A stretch of 37,281 bases of DNA, from NCBI GenBank assembly GCA_937867625.1, contig CALMKR010000111.1, positions 1 to 37,281 on the forward strand. The letters run 5' to 3'. Source of the DNA: an uncultured bacterium. GTDB lineage: Bacteria; Patescibacteriota; Minisyncoccia; Phycocordibacterales; UBA918. This document shows positions 1 to 6,706 of the stretch, piece by piece. The number at the start of each line of letters is the position of its first letter. The stretch's first letter is position 1. The translations under genes and the position numbers were made by a program. Below the pieces are notes generated by a model that did no database searches, was not told where the DNA came from, and saw nothing but the letters and a program-made list of their open reading frames with translations.

Positions 1-18
1 AGAGTGCGGTGAGAGCTG

Positions 19-87
19 CGCGGTGCAGCAACCTTGTGTAGCTTTTGTAGTGGGTTGCGTCGTGGTCCTGAGTACGCAAGGGGGGTG
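19..87. repeat. Left copy of an imperfect ~69 bp direct repeat shared with the right end (37199-37267)
   Basis: cgcggtgcagcaaccttgtgtagcttttgtagtgggttgcgtcgtggtcctgagtacgcaaggggggtg aligns at a constant offset of 37180 to 37199-37267. There are 3 mismatches (positions 32, 40, 42). Weaker similarity with one indel continues to about 98. Confidence 0.85.
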
Positions 88-189
88 TGGCCGAAGCTTG
101 GGGTGGGGGTCCTCGCGCCCGCCCGCGCGTGACACGCGCTTATACCCCCGCCGCGCGTGCGCGCGTCGCTTGTACCATAGCTTCAAGTC

Positions 190-299
190 GCCGGTGTCAT
201 TCCGCACCAGTGCCGGTGTCAAAGCGCACCGCCTCGGTGTCGGAGTGACACCGGATGATGCACCGCGCATCGTGATTCGGGGTCAAAGTGCACCGCCTC
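190..299. repeat. GC-rich cluster of short direct and inverted repeats (iteron-like)
   Basis: gccggtgtca occurs at 190-199 and 212-221. Its inverse, tgacaccgg, is at 246-254. The 21-mer ggtgtcaaagcgcaccgcctc (215-235) recurs as ggggtcaaagtgcaccgcctc (279-299). GCACCG-type hexamers recur several more times between about 200 and 370. Confidence 0.7.
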
Positions 300-611
300 C
301 CGACGCAAAATCAACTACTTATCGGGTGGCACACCGAGTGCAGTAACTCTTTTCGCCTAGTCGCACCGATTCGTCGGGAAGTGATACTAGGCGCATGAGT
401 CACCCAGCCGATGATAAAGCTGCGTGGCTATCTTGCCCTATGCCGCGCCAGATACACTGACACTGGCTTCGTGTGACGCTTTATCAAGCGTATAACGAGC
501 TAATAGCGAGCTTAGATGGGTCATGCCAGCCTTGGGGGAAACAAGGCTGTTATAGGCGATTTAAATGCGAAGGCTGTCGAGTCTGGCATTACTATCGTTA
601 GTTGCTTGTAT

Positions 612-670
612 CTTGGTCTTTGGGCCTAAGCTTGCGCGTCGCGCAAGCCATCCAAAGTCCAAAGACCAAG
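612..670. promoter_or_regulatory. Nested perfect inverted repeats just upstream of the first + strand gene
   Basis: Outer arms cttggtctttgg (612-623) and ccaaagaccaag (659-670) are perfect 12-mers. Inner arms gcttgcgcg / cgcgcaagc (630-648) form a 9 bp stem around a single t. The structure ends 38 nt before the ATG at 709. Confidence 0.5.
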
Positions 671-708
671 TCTAGAGGCAATTAAGCCCGAAGACATAGG
701 AGTCAACA

Positions 709-966
709 ATGACACAAGAAGAAGCACAACAACGAATCGCGGAACTGGAAGCAAAGCTTGCAAGAGCATTGAAGCCAAAGACTAACACCATCAAGGTAAG
801 CCCTAAAGGCGCTGTATCTGTGTATGGCTTAGGAAAGTTCCCAGTCACGCTATACTCTAGCCAATGGGAAAAGCTATTCGGGATGCAAGAAGAAGTTAAA
901 GAGTTTATTATGGACCACACCAGTGAGTTGTCTGTGAAGGACAGCGTCGAGGTTGCCAATGGGTAG
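709..966 (+). CDS. Hypothetical early protein (85 aa)
   Basis: ATG is preceded by ataggagtcaaca (AGGAG RBS). The protein is plausible, with a helical N-terminus (QQRIAELEAKLARAL). No recognisable domain. Confidence 0.6.
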   Translation: MTQEEAQQRIAELEAKLARALKPKTNTIKVSPKGAVSVYGLGKFPVTLYSSQWEKLFGMQEEVKEFIMDHTSELSVKDSVEVANG

Positions 967-973
967 TGCAGAT

Positions 974-1060
974 ATGTTCGAGCTGCTGATATGCGTTAGC
1001 GTATTGGCAGTGAATATTGCAGTTGTGATAGCGTTCACCGAGCTAAGGCTTGGTGAATAA
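974..1060 (+). CDS. Possible 28 aa hydrophobic micro-protein (MFELLICVSVLAVNIAVVIAFTELRLGE)
   Basis: Short ORF below the track cut-off. Its TAA overlaps the ATG of the next gene (TAATG at 1058-1062), suggesting coupling. It consists of a single hydrophobic stretch. Confidence 0.3.
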   Translation: MFELLICVSVLAVNIAVVIAFTELRLGE

Positions 1061-1281
1061 TGGAACAGCTTATGACTATGGCATTGGTTATGATATATGC
1101 CTCGTGCGTCGTGGCAATGGCAGATGATAACAAGCCGAAGAAGAGTAAGGCAGTGCGTTACTGGGTCGTGGATGGTGTGCGTTATGATGCCAAACTCGAC
1201 GCAATTTTGAAGGCAATTGAGGGTAAAACTCCAAGTGTCGTGGAATGCACGCAAAAACCAGTGGAAAAACTGGTAAAATAG
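1060..1281 (+). CDS. Hypothetical small protein with hydrophobic, signal-like N-terminus (73 aa)
   Basis: ORF with a ggtga purine run upstream. N-terminus MEQLMTMALVMIYASCVVAMA is followed by a charged region. Confidence 0.5.
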   Translation: MEQLMTMALVMIYASCVVAMADDNKPKKSKAVRYWVVDGVRYDAKLDAILKAIEGKTPSVVECTQKPVEKLVK

Positions 1282-1518
1282 TTACGGAAAGTTACACTCA
1301 AGGGGGGTTTATAAACCTTTATATATATTACCAAATAGTTCAATACTTACCTAAGTTACTATAATCTACTTTTTTCTTATTTATATTTATATACTCTTTT
1401 AAAGAGATATATCTGTAACAATAAATAAAATTTTAAAATTCCCTTTAAATTTCAAGCACGTTACAGTGTTACAGCAAAATCATTTTCTTGGTGTAATGCG
1501 CGACGCGCCATCCGTAAC
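1281..1518. promoter_or_regulatory. AT-rich non-coding region with iterated GTTAC motifs (candidate origin or early control region)
   Basis: GTTAC at 1281, 1291, 1355, 1460 and 1468, the last two as tandem gttacag-t-gttacag. Inverse GTAAC at 1415 and 1514. Palindrome agatatatct at 1405-1414. Perfect TATAAT at 1360-1365. No credible ORF. Confidence 0.45.
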
Positions 1519-1856
1519 TATGCCACAAAACTAAGCATGCTGCACCACATCCAACAATTAACGCAGCACCGCAAGTGCAGTACCGCTGATGGGGGGTAAA
1601 AATTTGTGACACAGAGTACCTGGATCTAATCTAACTTACGACGCAATCTCAAGGAATCTTGAGAAAACTGCACACGAATCGAGCATGACACACCACGCAC
1701 CAAGATCCACATCCAATGCGCGGCACGTCACACAAAACACCCCAAAACAAGTGTAACTTTATCCATTTAATACACCGAAAACCCACTGCCATCTGCAACC
1801 AATTGCATTTGAGCACACAATTTCAACAACAAAAACAAGAAAGGAATTTCACTGCA

Positions 1857-2156
1857 ATGAACATCGAACCAAGCTACACGCAGTGCAGCGACGTGGAACT
1901 GACAGGTCCCACGCCTCAAGCTTCATGTCATACCACCCGTATAGACAGTGAAGGAACATGGTATATACACACTGCATATCTTAAGGCTACGTCTATCAAT
2001 AGGATAGGTTATGGTCCTTACATAATTAATAAGCATGGAGTACATGAACACGTAACCCAGATATGTGAGACATCAGACCTATGGTGGCAGTTCACAAACA
2101 AGACAATGAATAAGCAAAGGAAAAGACACAACTGGAGTTACTATGAATGGCTTTAA
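1857..2156 (+). CDS. Hypothetical protein, first gene of the coupled Ubl operon (start uncertain; the ORF is open from 1716)
   Basis: ATG at 1857 follows gaaagga. The end overlaps the next ORF start by 14 nt. No recognisable domain. The upstream part of the ORF lies in A/C-rich, low-complexity-looking sequence. Confidence 0.4.
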   Translation: MNIEPSYTQCSDVELTGPTPQASCHTTRIDSEGTWYIHTAYLKATSINRIGYGPYIINKHGVHEHVTQICETSDLWWQFTNKTMNKQRKRHNWSYYEWL

Positions 2157-2523
2157 TCAAACAGTAAGAACAAAGCTTACCCATAAGGGTGAGAAGATAC
2201 AGATCACGACGCCATACGAGCGAGACTACGTACCATACCAACCCCTGGTGTCACCGGAGGATAACCATAGACACGCAGCATCGACGCTCATAAACAGGCA
2301 TCTATCACAGGACATGTACACCCTGGCGTCTGCATGGATAGACATAGAACACATGCTCGAAGCAGTGCACGTAGTGGTCTTCATACCACTGGTGTCACAG
2401 CCCGAGGGCTACGCTACACCACAGGCCCAAGGTTCAACGATCGGACCCCACCCCGACCCAACTATAGAACAGCAACAAACTCTCGCCACAGAGGCGGGAC
2501 TAAACACAAAGGAGACAACATGA
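2143..2523 (+). CDS. Hypothetical protein (126 aa) coupled to the Ubl gene
   Basis: ATG is preceded by ctggagttact (GGAG). Its TGA stop overlaps the ATG of the Ubl gene (ATGA at 2520-2523). The C-terminal third is P/Q/T-rich. Confidence 0.5.
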   Translation: MNGFNQTVRTKLTHKGEKIQITTPYERDYVPYQPLVSPEDNHRHAASTLINRHLSQDMYTLASAWIDIEHMLEAVHVVVFIPLVSQPEGYATPQAQGSTIGPHPDPTIEQQQTLATEAGLNTKETT

Positions 2524-2735
2524 AGGTATTTGCACAGGTTATTGGAGGCGATGCGGTCCAGTACACATTACAAGAGGGGGCTACAATAGCGGACCTTAAG
2601 AAACAGGAGCCTAAGTTTGCTAGCTACCAAGCTTCAATCAATGGCGACTCGGCAGATGACAACGATGAGCTATCAGACTATGCGGTCGTTACATTTTCTG
2701 AGAAAATAAAAGGTGCCGCACCACGTCATAATTAA
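2520..2735 (+). CDS. ThiS/MoaD/ubiquitin-like beta-grasp protein (71 aa) with a C-terminal ...KIKG-AAPRHN tail
   Basis: AAGGAG lies 6 nt upstream. MKVFAQVIGG...YTLQEGATIADLKK...ASINGDSADDNDELSDYAVVTFSEKIKG follows the ThiS/MoaD layout: a short beta start, a helix, an (I/V)NG segment, an acidic loop, a final strand, then Gly. It sits in an operon with E2-like, JAB and E1-like genes. Confidence 0.7.
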   Translation: MKVFAQVIGGDAVQYTLQEGATIADLKKQEPKFASYQASINGDSADDNDELSDYAVVTFSEKIKGAAPRHN

Positions 2736-2803
2736 TTGTTGACACCATTGCAGTGGGGCGCTTGCGGTTGCTTGCGCCTTATGCTTTACGAAAGGATAGA
2801 ACA

Positions 2804-3982
2804 ATGACTGATATGACAACAAGAGTAGAGTTGAATAGAATATATGGGACTCCACCACTGCCAGTTATGCCGTATGAGTATGTACCCATAGTAGTGGGAC
2901 ATGTAGACCATGGCAGTACAGTAGTGCTACCGAAGGAGCCGGTCAGTGCTAACACATACGTGAAGGCACAGCAGACGGCTGCGCTCCTAGGGGTACGACT
3001 AACACCTGAGCGACGCGAGCAGCTCAAGGGAATAGCGACGACGGCAGAGGCGAATAGGTTACTCATGGAGTGGAAGGCTGAGCCTATTACACCACTGGTG
3101 TTGAGCGAACAGGACAAGATGAACCTGTCTAAGATAGGATCACCGACCTCGAGCCATGAGTACAAACAATTGCTCAAGGATATTGAGATGAGGCACGTCA
3201 ACATAAACAAAAACCACACTGCCATCGAGAACTACATAAAAGAAATACAAACTATTGAGACAAGGAAGCAGATACTAGAGAACTTGCCTCGATACGATAT
3301 GGTAGCAGAGGTACAAAAGATACTATCCACTGGATTGTACAAGTTGAACAGCATCAATGAATCGCACATGATCTTTGAGTTAACCAACTTGGTATGTGAA
3401 CACGTAGACAAAGAGCTAGGTATTGATCTAAGAGTACCTCTCGGGGATTTCATAGTGGTAGTGTACTACGATGGTATGCGCGTAGCTGTTGAGCCATGTA
3501 GGCACAACACTAAGGTTAACAATTACGTTCACCCACATGTCAACACATCATACGAAGTATGCTGGGGTAATGCACGAACCATGTACACCAAGACAAGAAC
3601 AACGTTCGATCTCTCTGGTTTGATGACAACACTGTACACGTTACTCAAGACGTACAACCCCGAGTCACCATACGCGAAGCTAAGAGAATTCGATATGAAG
3701 AAGTATCCTGATAAGTACAAGGATGCGATCAAGTACATACCATGCGGTGAGGTAGGTATAGATACGTCAGACATGGATGATAACTATAAGGAAGAACTTG
3801 AAGATGTGGATGGTAACACATGGTTTATCTACGATGGATACCATAAGAAATGTTCCATCACTAACATCACGATAGGTGATGACGTACCTTACATCAAGGT
3901 AGGAGATGAGTATCAAAGGATCAATGCAAACAGGTACTCATGGACACATAGGGATGACATAACAATAGGAGATGACGAATGA
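2804..3982 (+). CDS. UBC/E2-like protein with long N- and C-terminal extensions (392 aa from ATG 2804; the ORF is open from GTG 2753)
   Basis: aaagga RBS lies 7 nt before ATG 2804. The core reads NYVHPHVNTSYEVCWGN (HPH 3530-3538, Cys 3560-3562), then MTTLYTLLKTYNPESPY. This mirrors the eukaryotic E2 HPN...C...LLxxPNPxxP signature. A beta-rich segment precedes the HPH. Confidence 0.7.
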   Translation: MTDMTTRVELNRIYGTPPLPVMPYEYVPIVVGHVDHGSTVVLPKEPVSANTYVKAQQTAALLGVRLTPERREQLKGIATTAEANRLLMEWKAEPITPLVLSEQDKMNLSKIGSPTSSHEYKQLLKDIEMRHVNINKNHTAIENYIKEIQTIETRKQILENLPRYDMVAEVQKILSTGLYKLNSINESHMIFELTNLVCEHVDKELGIDLRVPLGDFIVVVYYDGMRVAVEPCRHNTKVNNYVHPHVNTSYEVCWGNARTMYTKTRTTFDLSGLMTTLYTLLKTYNPESPYAKLREFDMKKYPDKYKDAIKYIPCGEVGIDTSDMDDNYKEELEDVDGNTWFIYDGYHKKCSITNITIGDDVPYIKVGDEYQRINANRYSWTHRDDITIGDDE

Positions 3983-4257
3983 AGGTAGTATTAAGCGAGC
4001 TAGTGCATACCAAGTGTATGTACTGGGTAAACAAATGCGATAAGGAAGTAAGTGGGTTTGGTATCACGAGCATCATAGATATGGATGGTATGAAACAAGT
4101 GTACGTCCACGATGCGTGGTTACTAGAGCAAGAGGTAGGTGCAGCACACACTGACATCGACGCGAAGGCATTGGGTAAACTAATGCAGCAGTCCCTCGTG
4201 CATCCCAAGTATGGTGGTAACAACATAGGAACGTACAAGCTCAACTGGTGGTGGCAT
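3979..4257 (+). CDS. JAB/JAMM (MPN+) metallopeptidase, exon 1
   Basis: ATGA overlap with the E2-like stop. Contains the upstream acidic residue (CDKEVSGFG, Glu at 4045-4047). Ends ...KLNWWWH, immediately followed by an in-frame TAA that I interpret as intron sequence. Confidence 0.8.
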
Positions 4258-5038
4258 TAACTCTTGACATGACATACGAACCACGCTTATGATATTAATA
4301 TGAATGAATACTATTACTATTTAGGATTAATAGCAGCAGATGGATACTTAACTAGGCACGGAGTAGGGTTAGATCTTTGTGAAAAGGATATAATATTTGC
4401 TTGTGCTAAACACTTCAAGTGCCATGAGCCTAAGCAACATGGTAATCTTTGGAGAGTTTTAATTTCTGATAAAGAATTAAGACAAACCATTGTTAACAAA
4501 AGGATAAGAACACCGTATAAGAAAGATATGGTGTGGCCGAGCATACCAAAAAAGTACACTAATCATTTCATTAGAGGATACTTTGATGGAGATGGCAGTG
4601 CTACACTGGAGGACAACGGACGAGGCACGATTAGAACACGAGCCAATATTCGTGGACCTAAGTTGTTTCTAGAAGGGCTACATAAACACATTGGTATCGG
4701 TGGAATAAATCACTCGCATCCAAGATGTAGCACGATAACAATAGGTACTCCATTACTAAAGAAGTTTATTCATATCATATATAAAAATAGTACAATACAT
4801 ATTAAGTATAAGCATGATCGTTTGATGAGTGCCACGAGTCTGGTAACAGGCTCTAGTAAAACCTTCTCTGATTGAGGTGGAAGCCCTAAGGGGTGACACT
4901 GCGCAAGCCCTTGGCAGCGTAAGAGACTAAGTGAGAAGGCCCCACTTATGTGGGTGATGCGATAGTCCGATCTAATATGAAAGTATTAGAGGTACGTAGA
5001 AATACTGTACCCCTCTAGTAATAGAGAGTAACATATTG
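4258..5038 (+). mobile_element. Group I-like self-splicing intron (781 nt) carrying a LAGLIDADG homing endonuclease
   Basis: Joining 4257 to 5039 is in frame (781 = 3n+1 matches the frame shift). It restores H-S-H-VNMNVFW-S-ST-D, the JAMM motif HxHx7Sx2D. The last exon-1 base is T (U) and the last intron base is G (5038), as in group I introns. An internal free-standing ORF has its own start. The 163 nt after the ORF contains several stems, e.g. cccac-ttat-gtggg and agtatt...aatact. Confidence 0.75.
4300..4875 (+). CDS. LAGLIDADG homing endonuclease (double-motif, 191 aa), intron-encoded
   Basis: Two LAGLIDADG motifs: YLGLIAADGYL near the N-terminus and FIRGYFDGDGSA mid-protein. Markedly AT-rich compared with the flanks. 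Confidence 0.9.
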   Translation: MNEYYYYLGLIAADGYLTRHGVGLDLCEKDIIFACAKHFKCHEPKQHGNLWRVLISDKELRQTIVNKRIRTPYKKDMVWPSIPKKYTNHFIRGYFDGDGSATLEDNGRGTIRTRANIRGPKLFLEGLHKHIGIGGINHSHPRCSTITIGTPLLKKFIHIIYKNSTIHIKYKHDRLMSATSLVTGSSKTFSD

Positions 5039-5584
5039 TCACATGTAAACATGAACGTATTCTGGAGTAGCACTGACACTGAGACGATCAAGTCTATAGG
5101 TAAGAATGGCATGTGCGCAGCTACAGTCTTCAACAAGAAGGATGAGATGCGTTCAGCTATATGCTACAAGACAACACACCAACTATGGGGTGACACCACA
5201 CAACTGGTAGATGATGTGCCTACGGTATACGAATACATACCAGACGCACGCATACCAGAGTGGGATGCTGAGTTCGTGGCTTGTGTTAAGGAACGGAAGT
5301 ACGAACCAATAGGTAAGCTACTTGGTAGTAGCGAAGCACACCAGCCGTGGCTTGGTAACTACAAGGATAAGAAGACTAAGTTATCCAAAGAAGAGTATGA
5401 CTGGGGTATCATCGGCTTAGGTGTAGATGTTGAATGTGAATACCTTAAGGTTCCTAGGAAAAGGTATGTTAAGGATATCGTAGAGAACAACACAAGTACC
5501 ATCATGGCATATGACATGAAGCTTCAGGCTGGCATAGATAGTGGCGAGCTGGTGTACCATAACAATATACTAGGAGGTAGATAA
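5039..5584 (+). CDS. JAB/JAMM metallopeptidase, exon 2
   Basis: Begins SHVNMNVFWSSTD, the rest of the JAMM motif (His 5042, Ser 5066, Asp 5075). No plausible RBS or ATG of its own; the track start at 5036 is a TTG. The stop overlaps the E1-like start (TAATG at 5582-5586). Confidence 0.8.
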   Translation, partial: SHVNMNVFWSSTDTETIKSIGKNGMCAATVFNKKDEMRSAICYKTTHQLWGDTTQLVDDVPTVYEYIPDARIPEWDAEFVACVKERKYEPIGKLLGSSEAHQPWLGNYKDKKTKLSKEEYDWGIIGLGVDVECEYLKVPRKRYVKDIVENNTSTIMAYDMKLQAGIDSGELVYHNNILGGR

Positions 5585-6252
5585 TGGAGGCTATATACAA
5601 AGAACACTTAGTAAGACAGTCGGACCTGATACCAGTAGATAAGATAGAAAAGTTGTCAGTGCTAGTGATAGGGTGCGGCGCTATCGGTAGCTTTGCTACG
5701 CTTGCGCTTGCGAAGATGGGGGTCGAGCGGTTCACGGTGTACGACCACGACGCAGTGGACATAGTCAACATGAGCAACCAGTTCTATAGGTTCAGTGACA
5801 TAGGTACGAACAAGGCTATGGCGTTACGCCAGTTGGTGCATGACTTCACGAGGGTTGACATCACAGCACAACCGACGAAGTTCCTACCTGGTATGGTTCA
5901 CACTGCTGATATAGTTATCATGGCAGTGGATAGCATGGAGGTTAGGGCATCCTTATTCCCACATATAAGAGCGAAGTACTTGATAGATACTAGGATGGGT
6001 GCTGAGAAGTACACACAGTACGTAGTAGACATGCGTACTAGGGCTAGCAAGGAAACGTATGAGAAGACACTATACACAGATAGTGAGGCGGTGGCTGAGC
6101 GATGCACTGCTAAGTCTACCATATATACAGCACTGACAGCGGGCAGCATGGTATGTAAAGCGGTCAAGAATATACTTGCCAATGAAGCGCATCCTAAGAC
6201 TATACTTATGGATCTAAACAAATCAACCAACAACGTAATGATGTTTCAGTAG
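5584..6252 (+). CDS. ThiF/MoeB/E1-like adenylyltransferase (222 aa)
   Basis: Rossmann GxGxxG (LVIGCGAIGSFATLALAKMG), then YDHDAVDIVNMSNQFY and AVDSMEVR, matching the ThiF/MoeB nucleotide-binding and adenylation motifs. Cys174 (AERCTAKSTIYTALTAGS) sits where MoeB/ThiF carry their crossover-loop Cys. No C-terminal CxxC pairs or rhodanese domain. Confidence 0.85.
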   Translation: MEAIYKEHLVRQSDLIPVDKIEKLSVLVIGCGAIGSFATLALAKMGVERFTVYDHDAVDIVNMSNQFYRFSDIGTNKAMALRQLVHDFTRVDITAQPTKFLPGMVHTADIVIMAVDSMEVRASLFPHIRAKYLIDTRMGAEKYTQYVVDMRTRASKETYEKTLYTDSEAVAERCTAKSTIYTALTAGSMVCKAVKNILANEAHPKTILMDLNKSTNNVMMFQ

Positions 6253-6261
6253 GAGGCATAT

Positions 6262-6426
6262 ATGTGGAAGCATAACAAAAAGTTTAAAGGTAAAGTGTTC
6301 GTTAGTAGCTACGACAGAACAGGCAAGGATCGTGTGTTCACACTATCAATGCCAGGTACTAAGGTAGCTAGATCATTTGAATCATGGCAACAGGCGGTGA
6401 AAGATGGCTGGTCCAAAGTTAAGTAA
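6262..6426 (+). CDS. Small basic hypothetical protein (54 aa, MWKHNKKFKGKVFVSSYDRTGKDRVF...)
   Basis: Strong AGGAGG lies 5 nt upstream of the ATG. Below the ORF-track length cut-off. Confidence 0.5.
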   Translation: MWKHNKKFKGKVFVSSYDRTGKDRVFTLSMPGTKVARSFESWQQAVKDGWSKVK

Positions 6427-6706
6427 CCAAGCACTGGTAGTGTGGGCTGTGATAGGACTCTTGTTCCTCGCAGCTGCCATCGCTACACCACGAGGCAATG
6501 ATCAACGATCAATCAGGCGTGCGTGTTTCTCTAAACAGATACACATGTGTGGTGATCTACTGTGTGAGTCAAGCGATAGTGATGTACCAGAACATATAAT
6601 GCGTTCGATGTACCATATACTAGAAGATTGTATCAGTAGACCAGAAGCAATAGAAGATCAGTACTATGACAGTACAATGCAGAGTAGGATGTTAGATGAA
6701 TACTAA
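6404..6706 (+). CDS. Hypothetical membrane-anchored Cys-containing protein (100 aa)
   Basis: N-terminal hydrophobic helix ALVVWAVIGLLFLAAAIA. The start overlaps the preceding small ORF, so the start is uncertain. Confidence 0.45.
   Translation: MAGPKLSNQALVVWAVIGLLFLAAAIATPRGNDQRSIRRACFSKQIHMCGDLLCESSDSDVPEHIMRSMYHILEDCISRPEAIEDQYYDSTMQSRMLDEY

Noticed and set aside
23-346. 107 aa ORF in the GC-rich left end
   Set aside because: The translation is Arg/Pro/Ala/Gly-rich and looks low-complexity. There is no RBS. It lies across the terminal repeat and iteron cluster. It is most likely an artefact of high GC content rather than a gene.
2334-2519. Upstream extension of the Ubl reading frame (133 aa ORF 2334-2735)
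   Set aside because: The extension is Arg/Thr/Pro-rich, low-complexity-looking sequence that overlaps the better 2143-2523 ORF. The ATG at 2520 has a perfect AAGGAG RBS and an ATGA coupling.
3979-5584. Intein as an explanation for the interrupted JAB gene
   Set aside because: An intein must be translated in frame with both exteins. Here an in-frame TAA follows exon 1. The LAGLIDADG ORF has its own start 42 nt later, in a different frame from exon 1, and it is followed by 163 nt of non-coding, structured sequence. This fits an intron rather than an intein.
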